A DNA stretch of 64,000 bases from Felis catus (taxonomy: Eukaryota), in contig NC_058378.1 in the NCBI RefSeq assembly GCF_018350175.1, positions 4,650,001 through 4,714,000 on the forward strand, in the 5' to 3' direction. The position numbers were made by a program, and so were the translations under genes. The notes under the pieces are model-generated. The model was not told the DNA's origin and did no database searches. It worked only from the letters and a program-made list of their open reading frames with translations. Positions 22,390 through 33,885 of this stretch are shown here, one piece after another; the first letter of the stretch is position 1; each line of letters starts with the position of its first letter.

Positions 22390-25300
22390 TTGAGATCATG
22401 AAGGAGTTTACACCTTTGTCTTATAATGCTGATGATAGAAACGCTGACAGAGAAAATACCTTCCTATTTCAAATTTCTTTGTGGGCCAAACTGCTCATAG
22501 ATAATACCACATTGTTGAAAGAACAGTAGGCTAACTCTTCAAATAAAAAACCCACTACTTATATTGTCTAGAGAGGATCATACAATGAGATAACATAATC
22601 TCAGTTTTCCAAATCTATCCCAAAATGTATACTACTATCAAGATGCAAGACGAAAGTAAATCCACTTGCATAAAAAGAGATTTCTACCCTAAAAATAAGT
22701 GTAAGGAGAAGTCAAAGATATTCTGAAGATAAAATAAGAAATGATTATTGTGATGTTTCAGGATTTTGACTGCTAATGTTGCATGGAGACTGAATGAAGC
22801 CAAGAGGTGATACATGTCCATTTTCTGGGTGGCAGTGTCCAGGAAAGAAAAACAAAAGGCCACTGCAGACGAAAAAGAAGACAACTGGGCTTTGGGGAGA
22901 AGGTGATTTATGTGGGTGCGTGCAGCCTTCCTGAATGAGGCTGGGGAAGAGGACACTTCCCATGGAGACTCACAGAAGACCTCTCATTGGGGAAGAGAGG
23001 AGGAGAACAAAATGAAGGAGATGGAGGGAGAGAAGGAGTGAAAGAGGTAGTTAAGTCCCATCTCAAAGGAAGTGGCATCCCATGCACAGAGAGCAGGGAA
23101 GCAATTGTTCTCGCCAAATGCTCCACTGGGGTCACCGATTACACGAGAATCCACTTCCAGAAGCTGGAGTTGAATCACTCTTCCACTTCTTCTTTGTCTC
23201 AGGTCTTCGCCTCTTGTCTGGTGACGATGAATTTTGTTCAGCCTTCCCAGCTCTCCAGCAGACATCAGGAGCTCTTCCTTCCAGGATCAGAATCTGCCAC
23301 AGATGAGAAGAAATGTTTCTCTCCAGCTGTAATTCAAGACCTTGGAATTGCTTTTGGTAGGTGTCTGCCTCTTCAGTTTCAAGACTTATTAGGCCGCCGG
23401 CTTCAGAACTTCCCACCTCCTGCTAAGGTCAAGTCTGCCTTGACAGGTAATACCCCCAGATGCTCCATTTCTCTTTGGTGATGTAGTTCATTCACTTCAT
23501 TTCCTTTTTCCTCAAAATATTGCTCCTCCCTTTCCATGGAGGCTTCTTGGGTCAGGCACCTGTGTGATGACCTGTCAGGTGGGCTCTCTTCTTCCCTTCT
23601 TTGGCAATATTGCCGTGGCACTGCTTTTTCTAACCCGAATGTTTAAGTGCACGCTTGATGGTGCAGCATACTTGGTTTCCTCCTGAATCCCATTTCCTGG
23701 TCCTCAACATGCTCTCCATTCCCTGGTTCCCCTAATTCCCTATTCTCATCCATGTCCCCACCTTCCAGGGAAACTGCCATTTCTTCGATCCTAAGCCAAT
23801 CTTCCTACAGAGATCATGTCTGACACTTCACGCAGGCCATGGAGATCATGGCGGGGACCTTGAGTCTCTTTTCAGCTGCTGGAAGATGTTTTGAGGATGT
23901 ATTAGCTTCTCGTGCTCGTGTTCAACAGCTTTCTCTTCTTGGTGTGGAGGCTGAATCCTTCTTGCTGTCTCAGACACAGGCTGCTCTTGGTCTGAACGCG
24001 GAGGTCTTTCCCTTGCCCTGTGCCTTACCATAATGCATACGACGTTCCTTCTTGCAGGTTTGGACACATCCAGGTCATCAGCTCCTCTTGAGTTTTCATC
24101 TTCCTCCAAACCTAGGATGAGACTTGTTAAGAGTGTCACGTTTCACTGCGGCTCGTGCAGAACTGCTCCCAGCAGGCCCCTCATCTCCCTCTGCAGAAAG
24201 CCTTTCTTTGAATGACCGTACAATTCCGCCTAAAAGCTCGAGAACTGTGAATACTTGAACTATTGCAGCGTGATCCAGCATCTCCCACTGATAGCCAGGG
24301 ACAGTGAGACTTGAGCTCATACTGTCAGGGGCTTGTGGCAGGAAATGCTCCAGCGTCTCCTGGGCTTGGCAAAGGCACACATCCCCAGCAGGACGAAGCT
24401 CCCCCACGGTGGCCCGGTCTGACACAGAGGTGCCCAGGGCCACCACGGCCAGCTGGACCACACCACCCCATGGAGAAGTCTGCTCTGGGTTCCATCCGGA
24501 ACCAAACCTGCACCAGGCCACCGGGGCAGGCCGTGCCTTCTGAGGGTCAGGCAGGTAGTCCCAAAGCGATGAAGAGCTCGACTCTGCCCTGGGCTCTTCC
24601 TTTCCTCACTTAAGCTTCTCCTTACGTGGCCCACAGAGGCCTATTGAATCCATTATGCACAATGTTCTCTCAGTCCAGAAAGCCCCTCTTTCCACTGCCC
24701 ACAAATGGGGCACACACCCGTCTTGGAACCACTCTTTTCTCCCCCTCAAGTGGCCCCAGTGCATGAAACAGGGCCTGGCCATGATCTTTCATGCCTGTGC
24801 GTGTTTGTGGAAGTGATCTTTGAGGGCACATTTGAATGAAGGAAGGACAAAGCTATTCTTAATTATGTCACACTTAGTGCTCTGCTGAGCAGCAGATAAT
24901 CCATTAGGTGGTTTAATTCTTGTGGATGTAGACTAGCAGAGTACTGTTATTACAAAGGCTGAACGAATTTTTAATATCGGACAACCATGGCACGTTCCTC
25001 AGAATTCACCATTTTAAACTACAAAGAGATCCTCAAATTGCTTTGAAAGACAAAATACTGCACTGGGGATCATCTTCTACAATCCCCCTTTTTAAAAAAA
25101 ATTAGAAAGAAGTAACAAAATCTGAAGTAAAAGCAACGACTGCCTGGGAAATTCAGAGATGTAAATAGCCTGTAGATCCAGTGAGCCACCAAATAAAATT
25201 CTGCACAAGATGTGGAAAGTACAAACAATGAACACGCTAACCATTACGGTCTGTAGGACAAAGCCAATTCTATTCAAGGAGGAAAATCCACATTATTTAA

Positions 25301-27130
25301 CACTGAAGAACTCAAACAAGGAAGGAGAATGAGAAAGCGAATCGAACAGCTGAAGCGTTTCTAACAACGTTAGATATTCACCAGGAAACATAGATGAATC
25401 AGAGTGAGAGGCACAGGAAAGGCTAGCCCTGAACGTCTCAGAGCTCTGAAAATCAGAAGACGGATGCACAACTCCAAGAGCTTGTCACAGGGAAAGTATG
25501 TTTCCTTTCCTTACTGTAGTTTTAAACACTGAATGTGGAAGTACGGAATTGAAAACTAGGAAGAGCTGAAAACCCAAAGACAGAGAAAGCAAGTCTTAAG
25601 TCTTCCCTCAGAACCGTGCAGGACGTGGGCAGACCAGGAAGTGGCGGCTCCCGGGCCACAGACCCTCGTTCCCCACTCTCACTGCCACCTGTCGCCAGCC
25701 CCCCTGCCACCCCAGGTGAACAGCACATCGCCCGGGACTTGGCCACACATGTGGCCCGTCCCAGAGAGGGGAGTCAGACATTGCCACTGAGGCCACTCAG
25801 GTGGGCTGGAGTTGGGAGGGGACTCCAGGTGGTACAGGGTGAGGTGGTCAGACGGGGCAGCACCCAGATGGGTTTTCTCAACCGAGGGCTCAGGGATGGT
25901 GTGTTCGGCCTTGTTTACATTATTTGGTATCCAGAAAAACTTGATAAATGTGATGATAAAAGGGTAGAATGACGGCTTCTGGATTCCCTTTCAAGGAAAA
26001 CTGTTATCAGCAATGAGGCAAGCATAGACCTTCCTTCTGGGAGGTAGCTGGTAGTGTCTGTGTAATGGATGAATAAACGAGAGAATGAGCGACGCAGGCA
26101 TGAGGCCATTTTTGGCCAATCCATGGTGATGCACAGTGAACTCTGTGGACTCTGCAAGTCGTTCCCATAAGTGAAGCTTAAAATCATGGTGGAAAAGCCA
26201 CATGCTTCCAGAAATTTTCAGGAGACAAGTGAGGCAACTCCACTTACTCTGTTCATGAGAGCAGCGAGCCCCATGTGCAGACGTGGGAGTGGAAGCTCAG
26301 AGAGAGGAGAGGCATTGCCCCCTAAACCACTGAGGCTCGCAGGACACATCAGGATGGGCTGACCCCACCAATCTGGGGGGCGTCCCTCTCTGCCACATCC
26401 TCCAGCCCCTGATCCCCAGAGGCCAAATAAGATGTTATGGCCAAAAAAGATTTTACCCTTTTCCAAAGTCAGGGTACCTATCTGCTTTATCCCCGGCAGA
26501 GTACGACAGCCCCGTTTCCTCATGTCTGTGCTGGTCCCTGTTGTGTCCAGCTGTGTCAACTGTAGCCTTTGTCCCAGAGGTGTGGGTCCTAGATCATGGT
26601 GGTCTTCCTTGGTGTTTCCCCAATGAACCATGAGGCCGACCACTTTGTCGCGTGTTTATCGACACCTGTAATCCTTCCTCAGTGCGTGTTCAAGTCTTTA
26701 GCCCATTTTTGTTATTTCTCTGCATGTTTATTGGAGAGTTGTAAGAATTTTTATATATACTAGCGAAAACTCTTTTCTCAGGTAAATTTTACAAATATAT
26801 TCTAACAATTTGTGGCTTATCTCCTCATTTCTTACTGCTGCCTTTGGGTGAGCAGAGTTTTCACTCTTGAGGACAAGTCATCTATCCATTTATCCACTTT
26901 TTCCCTTTTTTCTTTATGGATTTATTATACTTGGGACATTTTTGCCAACTCCAAATTCATGAAGGTACTCTCCTGTTTCCTTATAAAACCTCATTGACTT
27001 AGCTTTTATATTTTGGTCTTATATCAATCTTAATTTTTGGTGATAATGTGTGACAGAGTCCAATATGGATTATCTCTCTTCATATATACCCAGCATTTTC
27101 AGCAATATTTGCTCAAGATCTTTTTTCATT
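22390..27130. repeat. Ancient tandem duplication, copy B (paralogous to ~13430-18780)
   Basis: See copy A. Also acaactccaagagct (~25468) matches acaacttcaagggct (~16814), and ctctcactgccacctg (~25676) matches ctctcagtgccacctg (~16990). Confidence 0.85.
23040..24540 (-). pseudogene. Processed pseudogene of cTAGE5/MIA2 (copy B)
   Basis: Intronless. PDSMSSSLTVPGYQWEMLDHAAIVQVFTVLELLGGIVRSFKERL resembles cTAGE5 [77 protein letters not shown] resembles [52 protein letters not shown] resembles ELLEKDPYALDVPNTAFGR. The start codon has become GTG (24446-24444), and there are multiple frameshifts and stops. Confidence 0.88.
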
Positions 27131-27384
27131 TCCCATTTCCATATGTGGAACTTCAAATAATCATTCTGTGTATAATGGTACTTATATTCCCTTACAATGT
27201 GCACTNNNNNNNNNNNNNNNNNNNNNNNNNNNNNNNNNNNNNNNNNNNNNNNNNNNNNNNNNNNNNNNNNNNNNNNNNNNNNNNNNNNNNNNNNNNNNNN
27301 NNNNNNNNNNNNNNNNNNNNNNNNNNNNNNNNNNNNNNNNNNNNNNNNNNNNNNNNNNNNNNNNNNNNNNNNNNNNNNNNNNNN

Positions 27385-27570
27385 AATGTTTATTTATTTT
27401 TGAAAGAGAAAGAGAGACACAGTGTGAGCAGGGGAGGGACAGAGAGACAGACACAGAATCTGAAGGAGGATGACAGCTCAGAGCCTGACACAGCACTCAA
27501 ACCCACAAACTGTGAGATCCTGACCTGAATCGAAGTTGGATGCTTAACCAACTGAGCCACCCAGGCACCC
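27385..27570 (-). mobile_element. Can-SINE (tail abuts gap 27206-27384)
   Basis: Reverse-complement element with an internal deletion. Confidence 0.9.
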
Positions 27571-27868
27571 ATATATACACTACATATGTGTATGTGTGTG
27601 TGTATATACTGTGCATATGTGTGTGTGTATAGTGAGATAACACATATATAAGTTGTATATACATATAGTGAGGTGTGTATATATACACCGTGTATACATG
27701 TGTACATATAGTGAAATAACATATAATGAGGTATATATATAGAGAGGTGTATGTACCTATATAGTGTGTGTGTGTATATATGTGTATGTGTGTGTGTGTG
27801 TGTGTGTGTGTATAATGAGGTAACATATATATAATGAGGAACATATATAGTGAGGTGTATGTACACAA

Positions 27869-27909
<41 letters not shown>

Positions 27910-28030
27910 CTCTGTATATATGTATATATATGTAGTGAGATAACATATATATAATGAGCTCTATATATATGTATAGTGAAGTGTATATATGTACCATATA
28001 TACAGTGAAATATATATAGGGAGGTATATA
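27571..28030. repeat. Compound (TA)n/(TG)n microsatellite with recurring tagtgagg/taatgagg/gtaacat spacers
   Basis: Directly visible; about ten degenerate units. Confidence 0.9.
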
Positions 28031-28074
28031 CTCACTGTCCATTATAAGCAGTGTTAGAAACATGTATGATTTAC

Positions 28075-28330
28075 AATTTTCTAGAGTCCCCATAAAATCA
28101 GTAAAAAGAAACATGTCAAGTTAACTTTGACTATACTTAACCCAAAGCATTCAAAATATTATCATTTCAACACATAATCATATAAACACATTATTCTTTT
28201 GGTATTTCTCAGTTATTCCTTCCTTATAGCATCCTCAAATAAGGTGTGAATTTTGCATGTACAGCATCTCAATTTGGACTAACATATTCCAATGGCTCAG
28301 CAGGTGCACCTGGCTAGTGGCTTCCTTGTT
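28075..28330. mobile_element. hAT-Charlie MITE (MER3/MER33-like)
   Basis: aacccaaagcattcaaaatattatcatttcaac...acagcatctcaatttggacta...ggctagtggc. Confidence 0.6.
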
Positions 28331-28369
28331 TGGGTATCACATCTCTTTCTCTATGTTGGAGTTAAGGGG

Positions 28370-28729
28370 TGTGATGGCTAGTTTTATGCATCAGCTTGAC
28401 CAAGATACTGTACCCAGTTATTTAATCAAACACTAACCTAGATGTTGCTGTGAAGGTATTTTGTGGGTGTGGTTAACAACTACAATTAGTTGACTTTAAG
28501 GAGATTACAGATTACCTTCAATCACGTGGGTGGGCCTCATCTAATCAGTGGAAAGCCTTAAGAGGAGTAACTGAGGTTTTCTAGTGATGAAGAAATTCTA
28601 CTTCAAGCCTGTCTCTGGCCTCTTGCCTGCCCTACAGACTATGGATTTGCCAGTCCCACTATTTCATGAGCCGATTCCTTAATATAGTCCCTACTGTTCT
28701 GTTTCCCTGTGGAACCCTAACTGATAACA
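28370..28729 (+). mobile_element. ERVL solo LTR (MLT2-type)
   Basis: Begins tgtgatggctagttttatg and ends gttctgtttccctgtggaaccctaactgataaca; internal gatgttgctgtgaaggtatttt. Confidence 0.88.
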
Positions 28730-29924
28730 GAGGGCACCCACAATGTTGCTGGCGATTGAAATTCACAGCACCACGGTTTGTGAGAGCTCGTAAGTCACAT
28801 CCACATTTTGAATCCTGAGGGAAGGCTGTCTCCAGCTATTAAGTGCTAATGGAAGGAACTAGAGTTAGCTTCCTTCCAGCACCAAATTACATCCAAAGAA
28901 ACTGCACAAATCGGTGGGATTGCTCTCCACCCAGCCCCAATTTGGTGTAAACGGATTCTAAGAAAAGTAGTGAAAGTACAGATGTGGCCTTGCTCTCACC
29001 GCAACGTCACAGAGTCTGTGATTGTGCCCACTTACATCTCAGGAGTGTGTCTATGTCCGTGTGACGTGTGTTGGGAGGCAGAGAGGGAGGGGGCATCATG
29101 TCTCTGCTGCTGCGCATCTGTGCCTGTGTTTGTGTATCCTGACTGTGCGTCCAGTGGAGGATGTGTCAGGTCCAAGTGCTTGGAGACGGGTGTGTGTGTA
29201 TGTGTGTACGCATCGGTATCAGGGAACATCCGGATACGTGTGAACGTATAAGATGAGGATGACCCATGAGTTATGAGGCTCAGGCTTGTAAAACTCCTTT
29301 CTGGCCCCCAAAGACAGCCTTGGGGGCCTTCCTTGCCAAGAAGCAACAAGCAGGACCAGCATCCATGTCCCCTCCCAGTCCTCTTGTTGGGAATAGAGTG
29401 CAAGAGCACTGCTGGATGCCAAGTTGGGGTGCTGCTGGCCGGGAATATAAAGGGTTGGGACGGTGGGGGCTGAACCACAGCAGGACAGGACCTAGACCCC
29501 TCAGCAGTTATGTCCTGGGAGGCTGTACCCAGGGGATGCTTTGCAATCCTCCCCCAGCAAGAGGAGCATTTGAGACCCAAAAGATTTGGCTTGGCTCCCA
29601 GTCTAGGTGAGGCTGGTGCCAATCACCTGTTCTTGCACACTGCCTGGGGAACCACCAGCCCTCCTACCTGTCCTTCTGGTCTACCAGCCACTCCCCCCCC
29701 CCCCCCCCACCAGCAGGGAAATGGGATGGCCCTGTTCTGTGCCTCTGTTCCCTCATCTACACAATAGAAAAAATAATACTGTCTACCTCATACATTTGTT
29801 GGAATGGGTATACCTAAAACAATTAGGGCTCATTACAGAGAAACACTAGTTTACATTAAGGTGAGTGGTTTAAGATTCACCCTATTTACTTCTAGTGACT
29901 TTCTAAACATGTCAATATTTTTAA

Positions 29925-30280
29925 AGTTTTTATTTTAATTCCAGTTAGTTAACGTAAGGTAGTATTAGTTTCAGGTGTACAATACAGTTATTCAACACTT
30001 CCAGGTGTACAATACAGTTATTCAACACTTCCACATACCACCATGTGCTTATCACAACAACAGCGCACTCCTTAACGCCCCTCACCTCCTTCACCCATCC
30101 CTCACCCACCTCCCATCTGGGGACCATCAATGTACTCTCTGTACTTAAGAGTTTGTTTCTTGGTTTTCTCTCTCTCTTATTTTTTCCTTTGCTCGTTGGT
30201 TTTGTTTCTTAAATTCCACATATGAGAAAACCTTACGATATTTGTCTTATTCTGACTTATTTCGCTTAGCATAATACTCG
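29925..30280 (-). mobile_element. Carnivore L1 3'-end fragment containing a 30-bp tandem duplication
   Basis: attagtttcaggtgtacaa, aaattccacatatgag, tctgacttatttcgcttagcataa. Confidence 0.85.
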
Positions 30281-30316
30281 AAACATGTCAGTATATTTTA
30301 GGTAAAAACAAAATCA

Positions 30317-30515
30317 GGGGCGCCTGGGTGGCTCAGTTGGTTAAGCGTCCAACTCTTGATATTGGCACAGGTCATGATCTCACGGTTTGTGGGACTGAGG
30401 CCTGCGTAGGGCTCTGCACTGAACGTGTGGAGCCTCCTTGGGATTCTCTCCCTCTCTGTCTGCCCCTCCCCTGCTCTCTCTCTTTCTCCCTCAACAGATA
30501 AACATTTTTAAAAAA
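30317..30515 (+). mobile_element. Can-SINE
   Basis: ggggcgcctgggtggctcagttggttaag head; aaaatca on both flanks. Confidence 0.95.
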
Positions 30516-30792
30516 TCATGTCTTCTCTGATATAGAGAAAGGTGTACTTAATTCTTTCCAATACTTTTGCCTGGTTTTTCTTTTCCTTGACATATTACAA
30601 TGACTAGGAAAGTGTTCCATAAAAGTAAAACGAAGGGATATCCTTAACTCCTTCTTCGTTTAAGTGGTAAAACTGTACATGCTGCACCATTAAGGCTGAT
30701 GGCAGCTATAGGATTTTTATTGCTTTCCATGCATAATGGCTTCTTTATTCTGAGTTTGCTAGAGTTTTTACCATAAAAGAGTAATGGATTTT

Positions 30793-31095
30793 GGGGGGCA
30801 CCTGGGTGGCTCAGTCGGTTAAGCAACTAGCCTCAGCTCAGGTCATGATCTCATGGTTCTTGAGTTTGAGCCCCCGCCTCGGGCTCTGTGCTGATGGCAC
30901 ACTCAAAACAAATAAATATTTTTGAGAGAGAGAGAACTGACGAGGAGCAGAGAGAGGGAGAGAGAGAATCCCATGCAGGCTCTGTGCTGTCAGCACAGAG
31001 CCCAATGTGGGGCTCAATCCCACGAGCCATGAGATCATGACCTGAGCAGAAATACAGAGTCTGATGCTTAACTGACTGAGCCACCCAGGCACCCC
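30793..31095. mobile_element. Inverted Can-SINE pair (+ 5' half 30793-~30900; - full copy ~30915-31095) within one direct repeat
   Basis: The two heads lie at the outer ends. Flanks are aaagagtaatggatttt (30776-30792) and aaagagtaatgaatttt (31096-31112). Confidence 0.9.
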
Positions 31096-31341
31096 AAAGA
31101 GTAATGAATTTTTAAGTGATTTTAAAAATCTATTAATATGAGTATATTGCTTTTCTTCTCTAGTTTGTTAACGGTAGTGGATTTCACCAGTTGATTTTTT
31201 ACTGTCCACTTATTAATACAGATTTATTATTTTTTTATTATTCTTTATTTCTGGGATAAACATGACTTAGTCATGATATGCTTTGTTTGTCACAGGTTGT
31301 TGGAAACATTTGGTATATTTTGTTAAGAATTTTTACAAACA

Positions 31342-31557
31342 GGGGATCCTGGGTGGCTCAGTCAGTGAAGCATCTGACTTCAGCTCAGGTCATGATCTCA
31401 CAGTTCGTGAGTTCGAGCCCCACGTCGGGCTCTGTGCTGACAGCTCAGAGCCTGGAGCCTGCTTTGGATTCTGTGTTTCCCTCTCTCTCTCTGCCCCTCC
31501 CCCACTCATGCTCCCCCCTCTCTCTGTCAAAAATAAACATTAAAAAAATTTTTTAAT
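31342..31557 (+). mobile_element. Can-SINE
   Basis: TSD aatttttacaaaca at 31328-31341 and 31558-31571. Confidence 0.95.
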
Positions 31558-32482
31558 AATTTTTACAAACATATTTATGAGGAATATTTTCTTGTAGTAT
31601 ATTCAGGTTTGATGTTGGGGTTATCCTGGTTTCGCCAATAAACTGGGACGTGTTACTTATTCTACTTTTCTGGAAGAGTTTGTGTCATTTTATTTCTTCC
31701 TTAAAGCTTAATATAATTCATGAGTGAAACCATCTGAGCCTGGAATTGTCTTCAGTGACAAATTTTAATAGGAAATTCACTGTCTTTGGTAGTTAGAGTG
31801 CTGTTCACAATTTCCTATTGGATCTGGTATTATTTTTGTTATCTTTTATTTTTGAAGGAATTTAACTTGGAAAACGTATTGACATGAAGTTGTTCATAGT
31901 CATCCCTATGCTTTTGATATCTATTGAAATCAATAATCATATCCCTCTTTCCTTCCTTCCTGATACTGCTAATTTGTGTTTTCTCAATTGTTATATTAAA
32001 CCTTCTTGCTAGATATTTATAAATTTTCTTAATCTTTGCAAAAGCCCACTTTTGACTTTGTTAATCTCCTTTGTTTTTCAGCTTTTTTACTATTAATTTC
32101 TCTACTCTTTATTATTTCCTTCCTTCTACTTATTTTGAACTTAATTTGATCATATACTTCTAGTTTCTTAGTGTATAGATAATATATGCCATACCTTTTT
32201 CCATTCCATTATGAGCCTTTAAGGCTATGCATTTCCCTATTAGAATTGCTTTAGCCATATGCCACAGATTTAAATGTTTCACTCTCATTATGACCCAATT
32301 CAAAATATTATCTAATTTCTCCTTTGATTCCTCCCATGACTACAGATTATCTAGAAACTACTGGCTGAAATGTGGCATATATTATTCTAGCATCCAGTTA
32401 TGTTACTTGGAATAGTTTGTGATTTCAGGTCTGGCTTTTATGTGGGACCGGGGCAGGGCTTGGTGTAGAGCACATCATTCAC

Positions 32483-32931
32483 CTTTACTGAAGAGTACCC
32501 AAAGCTCCGTGAATAATGAGCGGTGGGATTTGCGGAGGGGGGGGGGGGTTGTTAGCCTCACTAGTCGGTACAGACACTACTGTCAGGCTTGTGTGTCGGG
32601 CACAGTTCATTCTAAGGTTTTCACACGGCTCTCTCCCTGGTCTTGGGCAGAATCCTCACAAGCACACACTGGCGAGAGGCCCTCTGCTTTGGCATTCTTT
32701 CCCGGTATGGATGCCTGCACCCCCTCATCTTCCAGGTCTGTCTCCCCGAATCGGGGCATCACCTCCTTTTCTTTCCCTATATTTCGACCTGTAAACTCTC
32801 TCAAGTCAGCAAGCGGGGGGTTTCTTAAAGCTTGCTTAGATTTTTCTAGTTTCTCAGAGATCATTCTCAGGTGCTTACTGTTCAATGTGTTAAAAACCAC
32901 TGCTTCATTTTTTTTTTTTTTACGATTTCAG
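32483..32931 (-). pseudogene. Relic exon (~449 nt)
   Basis: Acceptor ttgcttatag| and donor AAG|gtgaat. Contains the 97-codon open stretch 32607..32900 (NSKHLRMISEKLEKSKQALRNPP...). An A-run near the 5' end and a C-run near the 3' end may have shifted the frame. Confidence 0.45.
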
Positions 32932-33069
32932 CTATAAGCAAATGGTAGTGGCTGTGAACCGACAAGCCTTAATTTACCAAAACAGGTAGTGGCTGGATTT
33001 GGTCAGTGGGCCTGTGATGAACTAGAGCAAGTCTAATCTATTTTACCATCAGACTCCTGAGAAAGATTG

Positions 33070-33294
33070 TTTTTTAAATAAATTTTGTCATATTTATTTA
33101 TTTTGAGAGAGAGAGTGTGCATGTGTCCATGAGCAGGGGAGGGACAGAAAGGAACGAGAGAGAGAATCCCAAGCAGGCTTCACACTGTCGGCACCGAGCT
33201 CAACACAGGGCTCGATCTCACAAACTGTGAGATCATGACCTGAGCCGAGATCAAGGGTCAGATGCTTAACTGAATGAGCCATGCAGGTGCCCCC
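33070..33294 (-). mobile_element. Can-SINE
   Basis: Reverse-complement element. Confidence 0.9.
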
Positions 33295-33885
33295 TAAGAC
33301 AGACTGTTTTGAAGAATGGTTTTCACCACCACAGAACTCTTCAAAAGCCTCTAGGTCCTATCCCTTCAAATTATGTATAATGTTTTGAAAAGGCCTAAGG
33401 AGACCAACAGACATTAATAAATATTTATTGATTTACACTGCCTGAGATTATAAATAAATTAGCAAAAAAGAACTGGAACTAAAATACAAAAACTCTATCA
33501 CACAGATTTTTTGTTTTTAACTCTTCTTGCCAAAAAATAACATTTATCTCAAGTGGAAAAAAGTAATTCTCTATGTGAGTCTTATTGAGTGTTTTTAATT
33601 GGGATAAAGAATCACAGGATTAACTACACTGACATTAAAAATAAAATAAATAAAATAAAACAAAATAACATTAGAGTCACATGAGCTTAAAAATAGTAGA
33701 TCACACATAACGGCCTCAGATGGGGAAAAATTAAACACAAACCCTATTTTTATTTTCTCCTAAATCCCCATAACAGTTATTTTAAAAGTCTACTGTTATG
33801 TAATACATTGATTTTTCTTGTTATAATTATTGTTATTATTATTACTATATGTTCCAGTTGCCGTTAGTGGTAACTGGTAAAATAC

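Larger units (their letters stand above)
30540..32350 (-). mobile_element. Old L1 (L1M) antisense fragments with nested SINEs
   Basis: ctgggataaac, gtgaaaccatctgagcctgg, ctttattatttccttccttctact and other L1 ORF2-antisense motifs. Confidence 0.7.

Noticed and set aside
14350-23481. Plus-strand ORFs 14350..14886 (178 aa) and 22987..23481 (164 aa)
   Set aside because: Antisense shadows of the decayed coiled-coil cTAGE5 sequence.
27390-28114. 162- and 205-aa minus-strand ORFs
   Set aside because: Translations of a dinucleotide repeat plus a SINE.
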